A stretch of 45,904 nt of DNA from a virus (Duplodnaviria > Caudoviricetes). Location: the IMG/VR virus record IMGVR_UViG_3300008255_000187, positions 1-45,904 of that record. One strand, written 5' to 3'. The position numbers were made by a program, and so were the translations under genes. Of the stretch, positions 45,207-45,904 are shown in pieces. Numbering within the stretch: the stretch's first letter is position 1; each line of letters begins with the position of its first letter. The notes beneath the pieces were generated by a model. It saw only the letters and a program-made list of their open reading frames with translations. It had not been told where the DNA came from and did no database searches.

Positions 45207-45904
45207 TTAATTACCTGTTATCGCACCCCAAACTCGTTTAATCCATCCCTCTTTCTCTTCTGGTTCAGCAGGGATTTGACTTATAAAATATTGTTTAACA
45301 GCAGGAGATAGCGGACTTGCAGATATTTCTGAAGATAATTGTTCAGCCGAAAGGTCTCCAGCAAGAATGCTCTTATAATCTTCTGCGAAGTTTTCATACA
45401 TTGGGACTTTCTTGTCTTCGGCGTTCAAGCCCATAGGAGGGTTGATGTAGAAGTTTTTAATATCATCGTCGAGAGAATCGAATAAAGTTAAACTCATTCC
45501 GGCGTTAACAGCTCCATTATTTAATTGTGTTTGAGTGAAGACATCTTTTTCTTTACCGCCAGAGCCAGTCGCTCCAGGAGTTGTTCCGGTAGTAGCCCTC
45601 CACTGTCTGATTGATTCGTTGGTCTTGAAAATTTCCATTTCCTTTGCTGCTGCTAAATCAGCCTTCTGTTTTTCAGCGTCTTGAGTTGTTTTAAGTCTTG
45701 CAAAAACATCCTGCAAAGCTGGGTCGTAAACACCAGCATAAGCATTCTCAATTGCCTTGAGTTCGGTTGGGCTATAAGCAATGCCAGATTGATTGCCAAC
45801 TCCATAAGGGTCAGTAGCTCCAGTGGCAATATCGTTTCGTGAATTATTTAAAGTAGTTGCCCTAGCATTTAATTGTTCGGCAGTTTCGTTAGGATTAGTC
45901 AAGG
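45207..45904 (-). CDS. Putative internal virion protein, C-terminal part (open to the window edge)
   Basis: Frame open to the edge; the TTG at 45902 is probably not a real start; likely continues the 1..501 ORF. Confidence 0.65.
   Translation of the reverse strand, partial: LTNPNETAEQLNARATTLNNSRNDIATGATDPYGVGNQSGIAYSPTELKAIENAYAGVYDPALQDVFARLKTTQDAEKQKADLAAAKEMEIFKTNESIRQWRATTGTTPGATGSGGKEKDVFTQTQLNNGAVNAGMSLTLFDSLDDDIKNFYINPPMGLNAEDKKVPMYENFAEDYKSILAGDLSAEQLSSEISASPLSPAVKQYFISQIPAEPEEKEGWIKRVWGAITGN

Larger units (their letters stand above)
1..45904. mobile_element. Near-complete tailed bacteriophage genome (podovirus-like), circularly permuted
   Basis: Terminase, portal, scaffold, capsid, tail and ejection genes on the minus arm; primase-helicase, helicase, nuclease and small early genes on the plus arm; no host housekeeping genes; both window ends lie in minus-strand coding sequence of the same module. 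Confidence 0.95.

Noticed and set aside
1-45904. Stop-codon reassignment (code 25 or 15), as in some CPR and gut phages
   Set aside because: Long genes are intact in code 11; the TGA stops I checked occur in ATGA overlaps and TAG stops end genes at sensible boundaries

Overview
The window is an essentially complete, circularly permuted ~46 kb dsDNA tailed-phage genome with a podovirus-like layout: P22-type portal, adaptor and tail-hub genes, large ejection proteins, and no tape measure, integrase or DNA polymerase. It has two divergent arms. The minus-strand morphogenesis/lysis arm runs from terS at 24242 down to 1 and continues from 45904 down to 40767. The plus-strand early/replication arm runs 25215-40738. 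The arms diverge from a ~900 bp non-coding control region (GGGACAY iterons, poly-C tracts, DnaA box, consensus sigma70 promoter) and meet at a bidirectional terminator near 40750. Canonical sigma70 promoters without Shine-Dalgarno motifs suggest a Patescibacteria (CPR)-type host, which is an inference. Highlights not visible in the ORF track: (1) a 45-aa stand-alone NrdD-type glycyl-radical peptide (9846-9983); (2) four related covarying hairpin elements between early genes, two of them bracketing an Ocr-like anti-restriction gene; (3) an AAAAATGTATG start motif on 14 early-arm genes only; (4) twin covarying pseudoknot-like 5' leaders on the scaffold gene and its upstream neighbour; (5) switch-like structured leaders before the Zn-finger and primase-helicase genes; (6) Thr-rich collagen-like fibres clustered with a GT2-TPR glycosyltransferase. 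All functional calls come from motif recognition by eye; no database searches were run.
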